A stretch of 64,000 bases of DNA. Source: Mobula hypostoma. Lineage: Eukaryota. Both the position numbers and the translations under genes were made by a program. Positions 37,105-51,164 of this stretch are shown piece by piece. The stretch spans positions 24,552,001 through 24,616,000 of the forward strand of contig NC_086108.1 in assembly GCF_963921235.1 (NCBI RefSeq). The letters are read 5' to 3'. Below the pieces are notes generated by a model, which saw only the letters and a list, made by a program, of their open reading frames with translations, was not told the DNA's origin and did no database searches. Numbering within the stretch: position 1 is the stretch's first letter; every line of letters begins with the position of its first letter.

Positions 37105-40100
37105 TCTGAGAATGGGATCAGAGTTAGTGGTGTGTTCTTTGTGTGAAATGTAAGAACGCTGGGAGACCTCCAGTCTACCTGATTGTTACATCTGCACAAA
37201 GAGAATCGAGATGTAGTTCCTCAGAGAGTTAAGCAACTGGAACTGCAGTTTGATGACCTTTGACACATGGGAGAATGAGGAGGTGATAGATAGGAGCTAC
37301 AGGGAGGTATTCACCCCAAAGTTTCAGGAGGCAGGTACCTGAGTCCCTGTCAGGAGAGGGAGAGGGAATAGGCAGCTAGTGCAGAGGACCCCTGTTGCGT
37401 TTTCCCACAATAATAAGTTTATCATGTTGCATACTGATGGAGGCAAAGAAGTCCCAACGGGGGAAATCACAGCGACTGGGTCCCTGGCACTGTCTGGCTC
37501 TGTAGCTCTGAAGGAAGGGCGGGGGGCAAGAAGTAATGCAGTAGTGATAGGGGATTCCATAGTTAGAGGAGCCGTCATGAGATTCTGTGGACATGGAAAA
37601 GACACCCAAATGGTATTTTGCCTCCCAGGTGCAAAAGTGAGGGATATCACAGATTAGGTCCACAACATTTTAAAGGGGGAGTGTGAGCAGTCAGAAGTTG
37701 TTGTGCATATTGGGACCAATGACATTAGTAGGAAAAGGTCTTGAAGAGAAAACATGAGGAGTTAAGTAGAAAGCTTGAAAAGCAGAACCTTCAGGATAAT
37801 AATCTCTAGATTGCTGCCTGTAACACATTATGAGTGAGGATAGGATGGTTTGGTAAATGAATGGGTGGCCAAGGAATTACTGCAAGGGGCAGGGTTTCAG
37901 ATTTCACGATTATTGGGATTTCTTCTGAGAAAGGCATGGCCTGTATTTTAAAAAATAGGAAGGGTTACACTTGAACTTGAGGGGGGGAACCATATTCTTC
38001 TGGGTAAGTTTGTTAGAGCTGTTGGGGAGGGTTTAAACTTATTTGGCAGATGGATGGGAACTGGAGTGACAGGACAGAGGATGGGGCAGTTGGTATACAA
38101 GTAGATGCAGTGTGTACTGAGACTGGGAAAGGACAGGCATTTGATAAGGTAAATTGCAACTAGTAGGATGAGTTGCAGGGTAACACGGGGACAAAATTGA
38201 AAAGGGCAATGAACACTGGACTGAAGGTGTTATACTTGAATGCACGCAGAATATGGAATAAGGTAGATGACCATGTAGCACAATTAGAGATTGGCAGGTA
38301 TGCCATTGTGGAAATCACTGAGTCATGGCTGAAAGAAGATTGGATAGATAGATAGATATTTTATTGATCCCAAAGGAAATTACAGTGTCACAGCAGCATT
38401 ACAAGTGCACAGAAATAAATATTAGAAGAGAAGTAGAAAGAATAAAAAATGTATTACCACAAGCAGTCTAACAGGAGGGGGTCATCACTTCTCCAGCTAT
38501 AGACTGATATTAGAGCCTAATGGCCGAGGGTAAGGATGAAATCCTACAGCGCTATTTGGAGCAGTGTAGTTGTCTTAGAATATTACTAAAAGTGCTACTC
38601 TGTTCAGCCAAGGTGGCATGCTGAGGGTGAGAAACACTGTCCAGAAATACCAGGATTTTCCATAAGGTCCCTTGTTCTACCACAGCCTCCGGTGTGTGCA
38701 GTTTGACTCCTAAAACAGAGCCAGCTTTTCTAATCAGTTTATTGAGCCTGTTGGCATCACCCGTGTTGATGCCATTGCCCCAGCACACCACCACAAAGAA
38801 GACTGTACTGGTGTCAACACACTGGTAGAACAGGTGAAGGAGAGGCCTGCATACTCTAAAGGACCTCAGTCTCCTCAGGAAGTAGAGGTGACTCTGGCCG
38901 TTGTACACAGCCTCTGTTGGTGCTCCACTCAAGTCTGTCATCTAGGTACACCCCCAGGTACTTGCAGATCCCCACCACATCCACGTCCTCACCATTAATA
39001 GTAACAGGGAGCAGTGTAGGCTTGGTCTTCCTAAAGTCCATCACCATCTCCTTTGTTGTACTGATGTTGAGATGCAAATGATTCAGCTTGCGCCATTTTG
39101 ACAAAGTCCTTCACCAGGGCCCTGTATTCATTCTTGTGTCCTCCCGTTATGCACCTAACTATTGCTGAGTCATCAGAAAATTTCTGCAGATGACATGACT
39201 CAGTGTTGTATCTAAAGTCCGAGATATAGAGAGTGAACAGGAAAGAAGCCAATACAGTCTCCTGTGGGGCCCCAGCAACTATAGACATGTCTGACACAGC
39301 TCTGAAGCTGCACCAACTGTGGTCTGCCATTCAGGTAGTCCATTATCCAGGATACAATGGAAGTGTCGACCTGCATTTAATGGAGCTTTCTCCCCGGCAG
39401 TGAGGGCTGTATGGTATTGAAGGGATGAGAAATCAGAAAATCTGATCCTCACAGAGCAGCCATGCTTATCCGAATGGGAGTAGGCTCTGTTCAGCGTGTA
39501 GATGACAGCATTGTCGACTCCAATGTGCTCCTGGTAGGCAAACTGCAGGGGATCGAGGGCTAATCTGATCAGGAGTTGTAGATGAGTCAGGACAGCCTCT
39601 CTAGGGTCTTCATGATTTGTGAGGTCAGGTCAGGTAGTCATTCATGACTTTTGGTTGGCCCTTCTTGGGTATTGGAGCCAAGATGATGTTTTCCTCGCAG
39701 CCAGGGCCCTTTCCGCGCTGTGACTCAGATTGAAAATGCACTGGAGAACTCCACACAGCTGCTCGGCACACTCCTTCAGGTCCTTGGGGTTCACACCATC
39801 GGGTCCCAAAGCTCTGTCGTGTCTGAGTCTGCCCAGACCCTTCTCACCTGCTCAGTAGTGAAGGTGAGTCCATGATGATTGGGGAGTTGGTGGAAGGTAG
39901 GGGCTGGGGGAAGTGAAGATTTAGGATGGCAGTAGTTGGTATGTGGGGGTGTGGATGGTAGGTGCAGGGCAAGGAGGGGATGTACACAGTGGAAGCCTGT
40001 GTTGTTCATTCACTTGTTGGACTGAAGTGGGGAGGGGGAGGAGAGCGGGAATTGGTGCTGAGGGAGCATTGGGTGTCTTGGAACCTGGACTGGCGTGCTG

Positions 40101-41366
40101 AGAGGGGTGCGAACAGGAGGGCAATTGTCAAACCTATTGAAGAATTGGTTTAACTCATTAGCCCATTCACAGTTGGATTCCAAGGCTCTATAGCAATGCT
40201 GATTGGAGCCAGCAATGCTTTTTTATGCCTCTCCACACTTCCCATGTGTTACTCTGTCACAGCTTGTTCTTGAGCTCTCTCCTGTATTCCTCTTTCGCTC
40301 ATTATGGCTGGGAGCTTAATATTCAAGGATAAACATTGCATCAAATGGAAAGACAGGTAGTCAGGGTGGGGAGGGGTTGGGATGTTTCTTTTAGTGAAAA
40401 ATGAAATCAAGTGAAAGAGGTGGCCAGGTTTGTGGATGATATGAAGAGAGGTGGAGGTGCAAATTCTGTTGAGGAAGCAGGGAGGCTCTGGAAGGATTTA
40501 GACAGACTAGAAGAATGGGTGAAGTGACAGATGGAATACTGTGTCAGGAACAGCATGGTCATGCAATTTGGTAGAAGGAATAAAGGCATAGATTACTTTC
40601 TAAATGGGAAGAAAGTTCAGAAATCAGAGGTGCAAAGGGATTTGGGAGCCCTTGTGCAGGATTCCTTAATGGATATCTCTTTGACGAGTAGGTGGTGAGG
40701 AAGACAAATACAATGTGCGCATTCATTTCGAAAGGACTAGAATATAAGAGCAAGTGTGTCATGCTAAGGCTTTACAAGGCGTTAGTCAGACCCCACATGG
40801 AGTATTGTGAGCAGCTTCAGTCCCCTTGTCTAAGAAAAGGTTTGCTGGCATTGGAGAGGAGAACCTAGAAGAGATTCACGAGGATGATACCAGGAATGTT
40901 AAGGTTAATGCATGAGGAGCATTATATGGCTCTGGGCCTGTACACACATGAGTTTAGAGGAATGGGGGTGGGGGATCTCATTGTAACTTATCCAACATTG
41001 GAAGGCCGAGCTAGAGTAGATGTGGATAGGGTGTTTTCTCTAATGGGTGAGTCTTGGACCAGAAGGCAGAGCCTCAGAATAGAAGGACATCAATTTAGAA
41101 CAGAGATGAGGAGGAATTTCTATAGCCAAAGAGTAATGAATCTGCAGAATTCATTGCCACTGATAGCTATCAAGACTAAGTGCTTGAGTATATTTAAAGT
41201 AGGTGCCACAGGTTCAGGGAGAATGGGATCGAAAGCGATAATATATCAGTCATGATGAAATGGTGGAGCAGGAGAATGGGATTGAGAGGATAGTATCATC
41301 CATGATGAAATGGCCTAGCAGACTCGATGGGCTGAATGGCCCAACACTGATCCTATTTCTTATGGT
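37105..41366 (+). mobile_element. CR1 (ORF1 + EN start, deletion, RT C-terminus + 3'UTR) interrupted by Rex1
   Basis: ORF1 SGNH-esterase-like VVIGDSIVRG...CLPGAKVRDI...VHIGTND; EN LYLNARRIWNKVD..ITESWL; RT C-terminus at 40420-41255. Confidence 0.9.
38341..40300 (-). mobile_element. Rex1/Babar LINE nested in CR1
   Basis: GAPQETVLASFLFTLYISDF...QKFSDDSAIV, TKEMVMDFRK and LYFLRRLRSF; (GATA)n tail at 38343-38358. Confidence 0.9.
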
Positions 41367-41980
41367 GATATCTCAATTTATCTGTATTCAAATGTTCAAA
41401 ACAGATTAATTCACGGTCATATACACCAGGGTGCAATGAAATGCAAACACAACATAATTTAATTTGATTTTATAGTGAATTGTCACTCATTTGAAGTCCT
41501 TCAAAGTATTTGACTTTGTAGCATGAAACATTATTAAACTGGATGAGAGACCTATTCCAGGAATGGTGGTGTTTCAATACTGGGATCTCACTGAGACAGA
41601 GCACTACACACAAGTCCTATCTTGTTTCAAAATAGTTTACAGATATATAACTAGTAAATTTCAGAAATCATTTAAGAGCAAAATAGTGCTTTGAACTGTA
41701 GATTTTTTACATGTACCTGCACAGCATCTTGGTATTTCTAAGTTGTTAAAGAATAATTTATTTAACTAAGATGTATGTTGTGATGTTCTGACCATGGCAT
41801 TAATTTACCTCTAGATCTCATTGATCACAAGTAAAAAGCATTTAGACAACTTAGCAGAGGATGTAAAGTATTAAAATTTCTGACACCTAGCTCCCTCCAT
41901 CTATCATCCCATTTACCACTTGCCCTCGATTTATGCCCTCTGGTTTTATCCACGGGGAAAAGTTTCTTGTAGTCTACCTG

Positions 41981-42133
41981 CACACACAAAATGCTGGAGG
42001 AACTCAGCAGACTCGGTAACATCTCTGGAAAAAAAGTACAGCCGACGTTTCGCACTGAAACCCTTTGGCAGCACTTTTGCATTTTGTGTGCGTTGCTTGA
42101 ATTTCCAGCATCTGCAGATTTTCACTTGTTTTC
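41981..42133. mobile_element. Older PLE mini inverted insertion
   Basis: 10-bp TSD AGTCTACCTG (41971-41980 and 42134-42143). The minus arm carries a degenerate hammerhead; the plus arm ends with the PLE tail TTGAATTTCCAGCATCTGCAGATT. Confidence 0.85.
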
Positions 42134-42291
42134 AGTCTACCTGTCATCGACTTCAATCATTGCCCTTCTTAACCTATTGAAGTACAGGGTTAACAAACCA
42201 GGCCTCTTCATTCTCTCCTCATACCTGAAATCCAAACCAGGTAACAGCCTAGGAGAGAATTATGTGAGGTGAGGGGACAAACTTCACTCAT

Positions 42292-42387
42292 GCAACACAC
42301 TCACTACTGAAGGAACTCAGCAGGCCAGGCAGCATCTATGGAAAAAGAGTATAGTCAATGTTTTGGGCTGAGACCTTTCACCTGGAA
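42292..42387 (-). mobile_element. PLE pLTR fragment ending at a degenerate hammerhead
   Basis: GGAACTCAGCAGGCCAGGCAGCATCTATGGAAAAAGAGTATAGTCAATGTTTTGGGCTGAGACCTTTCACCTGGA. Confidence 0.75.
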
Positions 42388-42929
42388 CCTTAACTGTGGG
42401 TTTTTCTTTGCATAGGATACACTTTGAGGAAATGCTCAGTGGCCTGGAATTGTTTGCAAATGGAAACACATTATTTCCCCAGATTATTTGAGTCAAGTCT
42501 GACTGGGATTTGGATCAAATAAAGAGCACACTAGTTCTGTGTTCTGGGACTGAAGCATTCTATATACCTGGGGAAACTGTGTGAGTCACTTTGCACACTG
42601 ATTGCCTGCTAGAGTTATCTATGATGCAGGAGGGAATCACTATCCTGTGACCTTACTCCTCAGCCCAGCTTCATAAAGCTAGCCAGATCTGGGCATACAA
42701 ACTGCCAGGCTGCTCCGATCAAAACTGGAATCATGTAAGAGCTAGCATACGTACAGAACTGACAAAATATTTATCTGGTACTCAAAATTCCATTTTCAGA
42801 TCCTCATTTCTTCAGATTTTTATTGAATGCCAGAGCCCTTTATTCAAAGTTTGGTTTCTTTTTTTCCCTCTTTTTCTCATATACACGTCGTGCAGACTAA
42901 ACCACACATTGAAGCTAATTGACAGTGGG

Positions 42930-43030
42930 TAATTAATCAATCAACCTGCACGATGGGAAAATGGAGCCCCCAGAGGAATCCCATGCAGCCAAAGAGAGAA
43001 TGTGCAAACTCCAAATTGAAAGGATTCATA
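42930..43030 (-). mobile_element. V-SINE fragment
   Basis: GGAGCCCCCAGAGGAATCCCATGCAGCCAAAGAGAGAATGTGCAAACTCC. Confidence 0.65.
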
Positions 43031-43035
43031 CTGGT

Positions 43036-43597
43036 AGAAGACCATAAGACTAGGGAGCAGGATTAGGCCATTAGGCCCATTGAGTCTGTTTTGCCATTCA
43101 GTTATGGCTGATTTATTATCCCTCTCAACCCCACTATCCTGCCTTCTCTCTGTAACAATTGACACCGCTACAAATCAAGAATGTATTAATCTCTGCTTTA
43201 AATATACCCAATGATTTGGCCTCTACTGCCACCTGTGGCAATGAATTCCACACATTAACCACCCTCTGGTTAAAGAAATTTCTCATTATTTCTGTTCTAA
43301 AGGAACGTTCTTTAACCCTGAGGCTGTCCTCTCTGGTCCTTGACTCCCACTTTTGGAAGCATTATCTCCACATTCACTCTATCTAGGCCTATCATATTTA
43401 ATAGCTTCCAATGAGATCCCCCCTCCCCCTTTCTGCAAAGCTTCAGCAAATAAGGTCCAGAGCCACCAAACATTCCTCATCATTTCATTTCCAGGATCCT
43501 TCTCATAAACTTCCTTTGAACCCTATCCAATGCCAGTATTTTCTTTCATAGATCTGGGGCCCAGAACTGCTCATAATATTCCACAATTTGGTCTGGA
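43036..43597 (-). mobile_element. CR1 3' fragment
   Basis: Tail AGACCATAAGAC; reverse complement encodes an RNFFNQRVVNVWNSLP-type motif. Confidence 0.88.
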
Positions 43598-45961
43598 GTT
43601 CCACCATTGTGTTGCCCCTACATCTCATCACTTTCTCTTTATGTCAATGGAATTTAAATTCAAATTTCCTTAATTTTGAAATCTACTTCTACTTGGCTGT
43701 TGGCAATCAAAGAGAATGCTGTTACAAAAAGGAGAACATAATGTAATGGTGCAGATACTTTTTCTGCAGCAAAGGTCTACATTGACTAAGTTCTGTTTGT
43801 TGGAATAAAACTTTGTGGACATACCTCATTTCCATACCTCATATCTAGCGTATGAATTGTAATGAAGCTGGAAACCACCAGCATACTGTATGTTATTTCT
43901 AGCAAGAGGTCTGTAAGTCCAGTCTTTGGGCAGGCAAATTATATTATTCAAAACCTTCACTGTTGTCATCTTCAATTCAAAGAAGTCCTTGAACCATCCC
44001 TTGAACAGGCTGTAGGCAGCGTCTCCTTGGTAACTGCAGGAAATGAATCGATGTATAAGTCTCCCAGATGGATCAGGATGCTCTTTTTAACTTCCGAAGA
44101 CTGAGGCAAAAGTAGTCTTCAGCAGGGTCTATTAAACTTCAGTGATGTCAAGGATCCTGGTGCTATGGATGAATGAATGGTTTATAGCTGTCACTTGGCT
44201 GCTCATATTCTTCCTGCCATTTCACAGTACTGCTCTCTCTAATGTTCTGATGAGAACATTTCCCTTTGTTGGAAGTCTGATTGGACAACTCAGACGACCT
44301 TTTCTTCCAGTGCTTAGCTCATATAATTATGGCTGTTCTCAATCATCATTAACATGGTCTCCAATTTGACAGCCAGCTAAGGAAACCTTTGTAAGAAATG
44401 CTGGAATCAGGAGTCAGGGCATCTCATTTACATTATTTTTAGGATACTTATGCCAAATTTCTGCAGGGCCTATCGCTTTCAGAAGGAAAACTACAAAGCG
44501 TTGTATGATGAAGTCCATTCTGGAGCCCAGTGGAAGATTCAGACTGCTCTCCTGTCTGTAGGATACTTCCAATTGTGAATGGAGTTGAAGATTTTGTGTT
44601 GAGCTCCCCACTCATTGCTCTCCTGACATAAGTGCATGTCCTGTCCCACTTTGCTGCAGTCCTGGGCCCCTGTGATATCAGTGCTTACATTATGAGATCA
44701 GCTTACATCATCCCTGAGCTGTCATGTGTCCCTGGATCAGGTGACTACAGTCAATCAGCCAGCTGAGGGAGGCAGCCTGGTGTGCTGGTGGTGTTAATGG
44801 CCACAATGGAGTTACAGACTTTATTGTCTGTACAGATCTTATAGCAAAATGTCAATGATTACCAGCCTCATTGGATCAAATGACTGTTCACTCCTCAAAG
44901 ACCCTTCATTCTCAACATAAGTATGACGGAGGATGCAAGATGGACATTTCTAGCCCAGTCACGCTGAGCCATTGTGCTACACTAACCCCACACTTCCCAC
45001 ACCCACCATCTGACACAATACTCCCTTCCCCTTCACACCTCGCTCTCACACATGTCTGTCATCAGTACTTGCCTTTTTTTCATTGGGTAAGTTCAGTTTC
45101 AAAGAAGATGGTGTGCTTGACAAGGGTGTGAGGGGCCTCTGGCTAACAGTTCCAACTTACTGGGGTTCTTTCCTGTTCTGTCTTCTCCTACTTTGTAATA
45201 GATCTTGCTTTTTCCTGGAGAGCCTCAGGATTTGTTAGGTTTGCCTTGGTGACTGACACCTTAAATTGACATTAGAATTTCAAAATCTGCAACTTCAATC
45301 ATCTGTAACAATTTATGGTATGTTTAAGGCACTTCGAGTGAGAGGACATATCCTCTGTTTACAGGCAAGACAACTACCTGCCATTCACTGAATGTCTCCC
45401 TCAGCAAAGTTTTCTCTGTCTCTAGTTTGGAACATTTCATGTCTGGTGCGGTGCACCAAAGCAGAAAGCCCTCCACGTTTCAACAGCTCATCTGTAACAT
45501 TAAACATTAAGCATTAAGCAAGCTAACAATAGTCCAGTTTGCCCAAATCATTCAGATGGCTATAAGTAGAATCTTTCTTCCATTTATTTTACAAATTGTG
45601 GACTTTGCTGACGAGACCAGGATTTAGTACCTTTCTGACACACCTTCCTGAACAAGTACAGCTGTTCAGTGACATTTGAGAGGAAGTTCCTAAATGTAGA
45701 CCTGACAATAAAGGAAGGGCAATATACTTCCAGGTGGGGAGAGTGAGCAACATGGTGTACCCTGTATATAGTGGGATTCACACGTGCCTACTGGCATCAC
45801 TGTAACTGTGACCACCATGAATGACAAGTAATTGCAGTGAATTATTTACATAATGCACACTGCAGTCACTATGCATCAGTGGCAGAGGGAATTAATGTTT
45901 GGTTTGTAGCTGGAGTATCAACAAAGTTATGAATACCCAAATTAATGCTTGATATTACATT

Positions 45962-46263
45962 AGTGTTGGCGTGTGACCAAGTGGTCTAGTGATTTGAAGG
46001 TCACTAGTTCGAGCTTTGGCTGAGGCAATGTGTGTATCCTTGAGCAAGGCACTTAACCACACATTGCTCTGCGTTGACACCAGTGCCAAGCTGTATGGGT
46101 CCTAATGCCCTTCCCTTGGACAACATCAGTGGCGTAGAGAGGGGAGACTTGCAGCATGGGCAACTGCTGGTCTTCCATACAACCTTGCCCAAGCCTGCGC
46201 CTTGGAAACCTTTCAAGACGCAAATCCATGGTCTCATGAGACTAGCGGATGCCTACATAAAAA
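45962..46263 (+). mobile_element. tRNA-derived CORE-type SINE
   Basis: A-box-like TGACCAAGTGG, B-box-like GTTCGAGC, CORE-like TGTATCCTTGAGCAAGGCACTTAACC; 8-bp TSD ATTACATT at 45954-45961 and 46264-46271. Confidence 0.75.
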
Positions 46264-49200
46264 ATTACATTGAGAAAACAATGCTTAAAAAATTGTCCTA
46301 TCCTATTATTCCAACTGCTTTAACAATCAGAATAACTCCATCTCCAAGTCCACTATCAGATACAGTGCATGAGCAAAGTCTCAATGATAAATATCAGAGA
46401 CTAAATCCTCCAGTAAGAACTTCCTTTATGGAAAATCCTACAAGAATAAATTATGCAAAAGAAATCTACTGAGTCATACAATGAGACTTGTAAATTTTAG
46501 CTCCCTGCCCTTGACCATTGGCTGAAAGTACATCTGCTAGAAAACTTCCAGTTCTACCTCATCAAAAGGGAATAAACAACAAGCATCCTAACTGCACTAC
46601 TCATGGAAATGCTGGGCTACAGTGAATTTACAAACAGGTCTGACTTGACATGAACTGCACAATATTAAAGGCAAAGGAAAATACTAAGTCTGTATTGACA
46701 CTATTATCTTTGTAGTTCACCTTAGTGGTAGGTTTCCAGCTTGACTGTTGTCTCTAGTAGATCCTTGCAGGGCTCCTGTGGTACCTCCTCCTCAGTGGCA
46801 ATGATGACAAACAACAATAGTTAAAGTTCAGCTTTGCCACATGCACTATCTTAGGCTGAGGGGCTAGAGTCCTGAGTACCTGTCTGAGAAGCATACACAA
46901 GGGTCTTGCAGATGGCAGGAGGTGGTGCTGATGAAACAAAGCAGCACTTTCAAGGTCAACAATGTGGCTGACGCTGGGATTGCATCGGCTGTATACCTGA
47001 TGTGACCCAGATAATAGTCCGGCATCAATGCCTACTGACACTGTCAGCATTCTCTCATCTATAATGCACTGCCTGACAACAATCAGGTTTCTTAAAGACA
47101 GCTGTATGCTGCTGGTCAGCATCTTTTAGCTCCTGAAGAGAAGTAGTCTGCTTCCAATATGTCAGCTCTGAGTGCAAAGGCCTAAGGTTACAATAGGCCA
47201 TCTACTGGTCTCCATCTATGCCACACCACAAGCAGACACCTGCTTCCAGCACAATGGGAATGTCGATGCTACCTCTGAGAGGTGCCCTCCTCTTCATAAT
47301 TAGAGTGGTTCAGCAGAGAATTTTATGAAAGATTCTAATGAAAGATGCCAATGTTCCTTAATTCTTCTTCCATTTCATTGGCAGGCCCTAAAATTGACAG
47401 GTATTTCAACAAGCATCTGCCTACCCAGTTATGCTCCTCTATTCACAGATTTCATCAACGTGTTCTGCGGTGGATCTGAGACATGACCTGTTCCTGTGGG
47501 AAAATGACATTCACATTTCCCTATCCTTCAGGCATAACTACACCCTACTAGTGTTTCTAATTTAGTTTGGGTATAATTCTTTAGTGAGTATTGGAGTTGT
47601 TGTTTGCTGGGGTCAGGAGCAACAATATAATGGCCTTCATCTCCATGAGTGAATGATATCTCCTTTGATTCCCCAGTGATAATAAGCATAGCAATAGTGA
47701 ATGCATAGTATTCCTCAGAGGGGTTGTCCAGCAGACACACAAATATACATGGAACAGAGGAAACTTGCACCATAAGAAACCTGCAGACTTTATTAGCTTC
47801 TGGCATTCTTAGTTCCCGAACAAACTTTGTAATCATAATATGGATCAGCAGCATCTAAGTGGAACACCTAACTTAATCTAATGCTGTTGCAACCTGATCC
47901 AAAGTGGAAAGTCTAAGTGGAAATTTCAGAATACTCCAAATACACAAATGTCTCATTGTGACAAAGTGTGAAATGCGCTTTGAGGAGACTTGGTTATTCA
48001 GAAGTATTGCAGAGGTGAGGAGTGCAGATAAGTGAACAGCAAATGAATCTACCGGGTACACATGTTGAGCTGAGTTATGTGTGAGAGGTGGTGCTTGTTT
48101 CAGTTCATATTTATGAGCCAAAAGGGTCACAGCACACATCAGGCAAAGCAAGTGAGACAGCACATTCACTTCCAGTACTGTCTAATTCACTGACAGGTGT
48201 TCTCAAGGCAATCATAACTTGATTAGGTTCTCAGACATGCAGTATTGACAACAGAAATCCTTTTCAACCATGTACTGGATAGAGAAATGAGGTGTTGCCC
48301 ACTATGATGTTTTCACCGGGATCACCACTATAAGTGATGTCCCAGTACAGCAGTGCAGTAGAGACTGAACACACACCAGGCGGCTTGACTGAAATTCTAA
48401 ACCACTGACTCCGTCACTGAAGCACTGTGGTTGTAGTCAGTACTATATACATGATGCACTGCAGCAATCGAGCTATGCTCCCTTCTCAGCCTATCCTAAT
48501 TGTTACCAAGCAGAAAGGCAAAGGTTGCACGAGCATTGGGCATGCCATCTGCCCCTCCATTACACACCATCATGAATTGGAAGCTTAATCTCGTCCCTTC
48601 GTTGCTACTGAGTCAAAATCATGAAACTCTCTTGCCATCAGCATGGTGGAGCTCTTCCACCACAAGTTCTGCAGTTTAGAGTAACATGCTATGACCTTTG
48701 CTAGGACAGTTTGGGATAGCCATTAAATGTGATCCTTGACCAATGGCATCCACATTCATGGTGCAGCTTGTTGCCTGATTTACACACAACAGTCAACCAG
48801 ACTGCGGAGGTTACAACAAAATTTGTCTTGCTGTCACTAGTGAGGAAGTAGGCTTAACTGGAACAGAAATGACACGTTGAACATTTTCACCACCAGTGGC
48901 ATTGTCTGTCAGCAATTACGCTGAAGGGGGTTATCAACTTAATGTGTTAGAACTTGTGGAGTTCTGGGTGGGGGTGGAAAGTACACCTTTAATGTGTGTA
49001 TTCCCCACCCAACTCCACATCTACACGAAAGGAGTTCAATTAGGATACAGTAGGTTTGTATACCATCTGGGAAAATTGCTAATCACTTGTGTTAGTCTTT
49101 ATTCAGTAGGCACCTGATCTAATAATGTTAATTGGACTGCTATCTGGGGATTTAACATTAATTTAATCACTAATTCATTGTAATCTCAGACACAATCCCA

Positions 49201-50321
49201 ACAATAAGGTAAAAGTCAGCAATTAAATCAATGCAGAAATGGAGTGATATTATTGAATAGACTTAGACATGTTACCCAATTTTCAAATTAACTCTGCCCA
49301 ATAATTAATTGTTTGGTGGTCCTAACTATTCCTATACAAATCAATTAAATGCACAGATATTTAAGTCTTAACATTAATTGCTGACTGTGGGCAATAAATT
49401 GTTGTTACTATTTTTTGTTCTGCTTCAGTAATGATTTGTCAAGTCAGGGTTTATTCAACCAATCAAGCTTTAGTAAATAACTCAGTTCAAATCAAGCTGA
49501 GTATTGAAAGGCAATATGACATGGAGAGTAACCCAACTCTGCACATTTGGAGCATACAGTATAAAAGTGATGTTGTCATATATTACATTAGGTGAGTTGA
49601 AATGCTGCTGTAATGAGGCTGATGGGCTGAATGGCATTTTCCCTTTTTTTATGTCTTTAGTACAAACCAAAGTCGATTCAATGTAATGCAGATCAGCATT
49701 GTGCTTCTAATGTGCAATGGTTTTAAATTGACCTTTAGACATTTAACAATTCCCTATACAGTATGTCAAAATCTTTCACTCCTGTGTTTAGGCATTGTGC
49801 AGCTCCATTACATTATGTGCATCGACTACCATCCCTGATGGCCACTCAGAAGTGTGTGTATATATCTCCATTAATCCAGAGTTCAATATTTAAATTCAAT
49901 TTTGCCTTTTTTTCATATTTGCCTATGATTCTAATTGAAAGAATGTTTGTATGTTTGTTGCCAATTTCGTTATGTGACAATCCAGAGATCAACCTTTGCT
50001 GATCTGCTTTTCACTTGAATGCCGGCTGGCTACTCGTATTCCTTCAGCGGAACCTCTTCCCTATTCTATCTTCACTGCTGTATCTTGCATGGAGTACAAC
50101 AAATTGGTCTTTCCCCTCCAACCCACATGGTTGTTCTTAACCCTGCCACAGGGCAGGCAAAACAATCTTCGAGACATGTTCACAGTACAGTCTACACAGG
50201 TTGCAAAAATTAGAATGCTTGAGGCTTCCGCAGGACTACCTGTTGGTTTTCTTGGACCCATGAAACTGTATGTCCTAGAATTAGGAGCAACCGAGAAAAT
50301 GGTCATCTCGCCTCACCACTC

Positions 50322-50440
50322 TTAGTCCGGATGCAGGGTTTTGATCCGAAATATCAAGTGTTTCTTTTCTCCCACGATGCTTCTCAACCAACTGAGTTCT
50401 TCCAGCAGGCTGTGTATTGCTCAGGTTCCTCACATCTGCT
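50322..50440 (+). mobile_element. Old PLE pLTR fragment starting at a decayed hammerhead
   Basis: AGTCCGGATGCAGGGTTTTGATCCGAAATATC...GATGCT...CTGAGTTCTTCCAGCA. Confidence 0.55.
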
Positions 50441-51164
50441 CCATTTGCAGTTGCATCTTCCTGTCCCTGTTAACTCATCTGATGGTTCACTTTGGGTCTG
50501 TGCCAGTCTCTTGGAGTGACTTTTGCCCTCCGTGAAGCATTGGAATGTCCAAATCATGAATCCATTCCTCCATGAATCAAAACGGCTTTATTATTGGAGA
50601 TGTGGTCTGCGTTCATCAATGATGTACCTGAAACTCCATATACTGCAGTTTTAACAGATCACATACCCTCCCTACCTTAATTCACAAAATTTGATTAAAT
50701 TAAATTAAATTTGATTTAATTTTATTTTATTAAATTTATGATGTACTCTTCTCCCTGCTTCACCAGACTCGACTTGCCAAAGTTAACGCATGCTGTTCTT
50801 CCCTTTAGCATAACCTAGTAAAGCCTTTGTCAATGTCTTCCGTTCATTGCCCCAGCTAGGAATGTAATTACCGAGCAGGCTACTTGTTCACTACTTTATA
50901 TTGGTCTTTTACACACAGATGAAAACAATGAAGTTAATTAAATCAAATTGGTAAACTAAATTAAACAAATAAATATTTAAAATTTAATCACTCCCTTACT
51001 CATTCCAGAGACATTGCACAATGATGAAGAGATACTAAAATCTGCATGATGTTGATTACCATCTGCAACTTTATCGTGGCTTTTTTTCCAAGAAATTCAT
51101 CCCATTTTTGTTGATGGAATTGGTCAAAGGCCACCAGACAGAATAAGGACACACAGATTAGATT

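Noticed and set aside
41218..41315. ~45-bp imperfect tandem duplication in a CR1 3'UTR
   Set aside because: Ordinary local slippage with no evidence of function.
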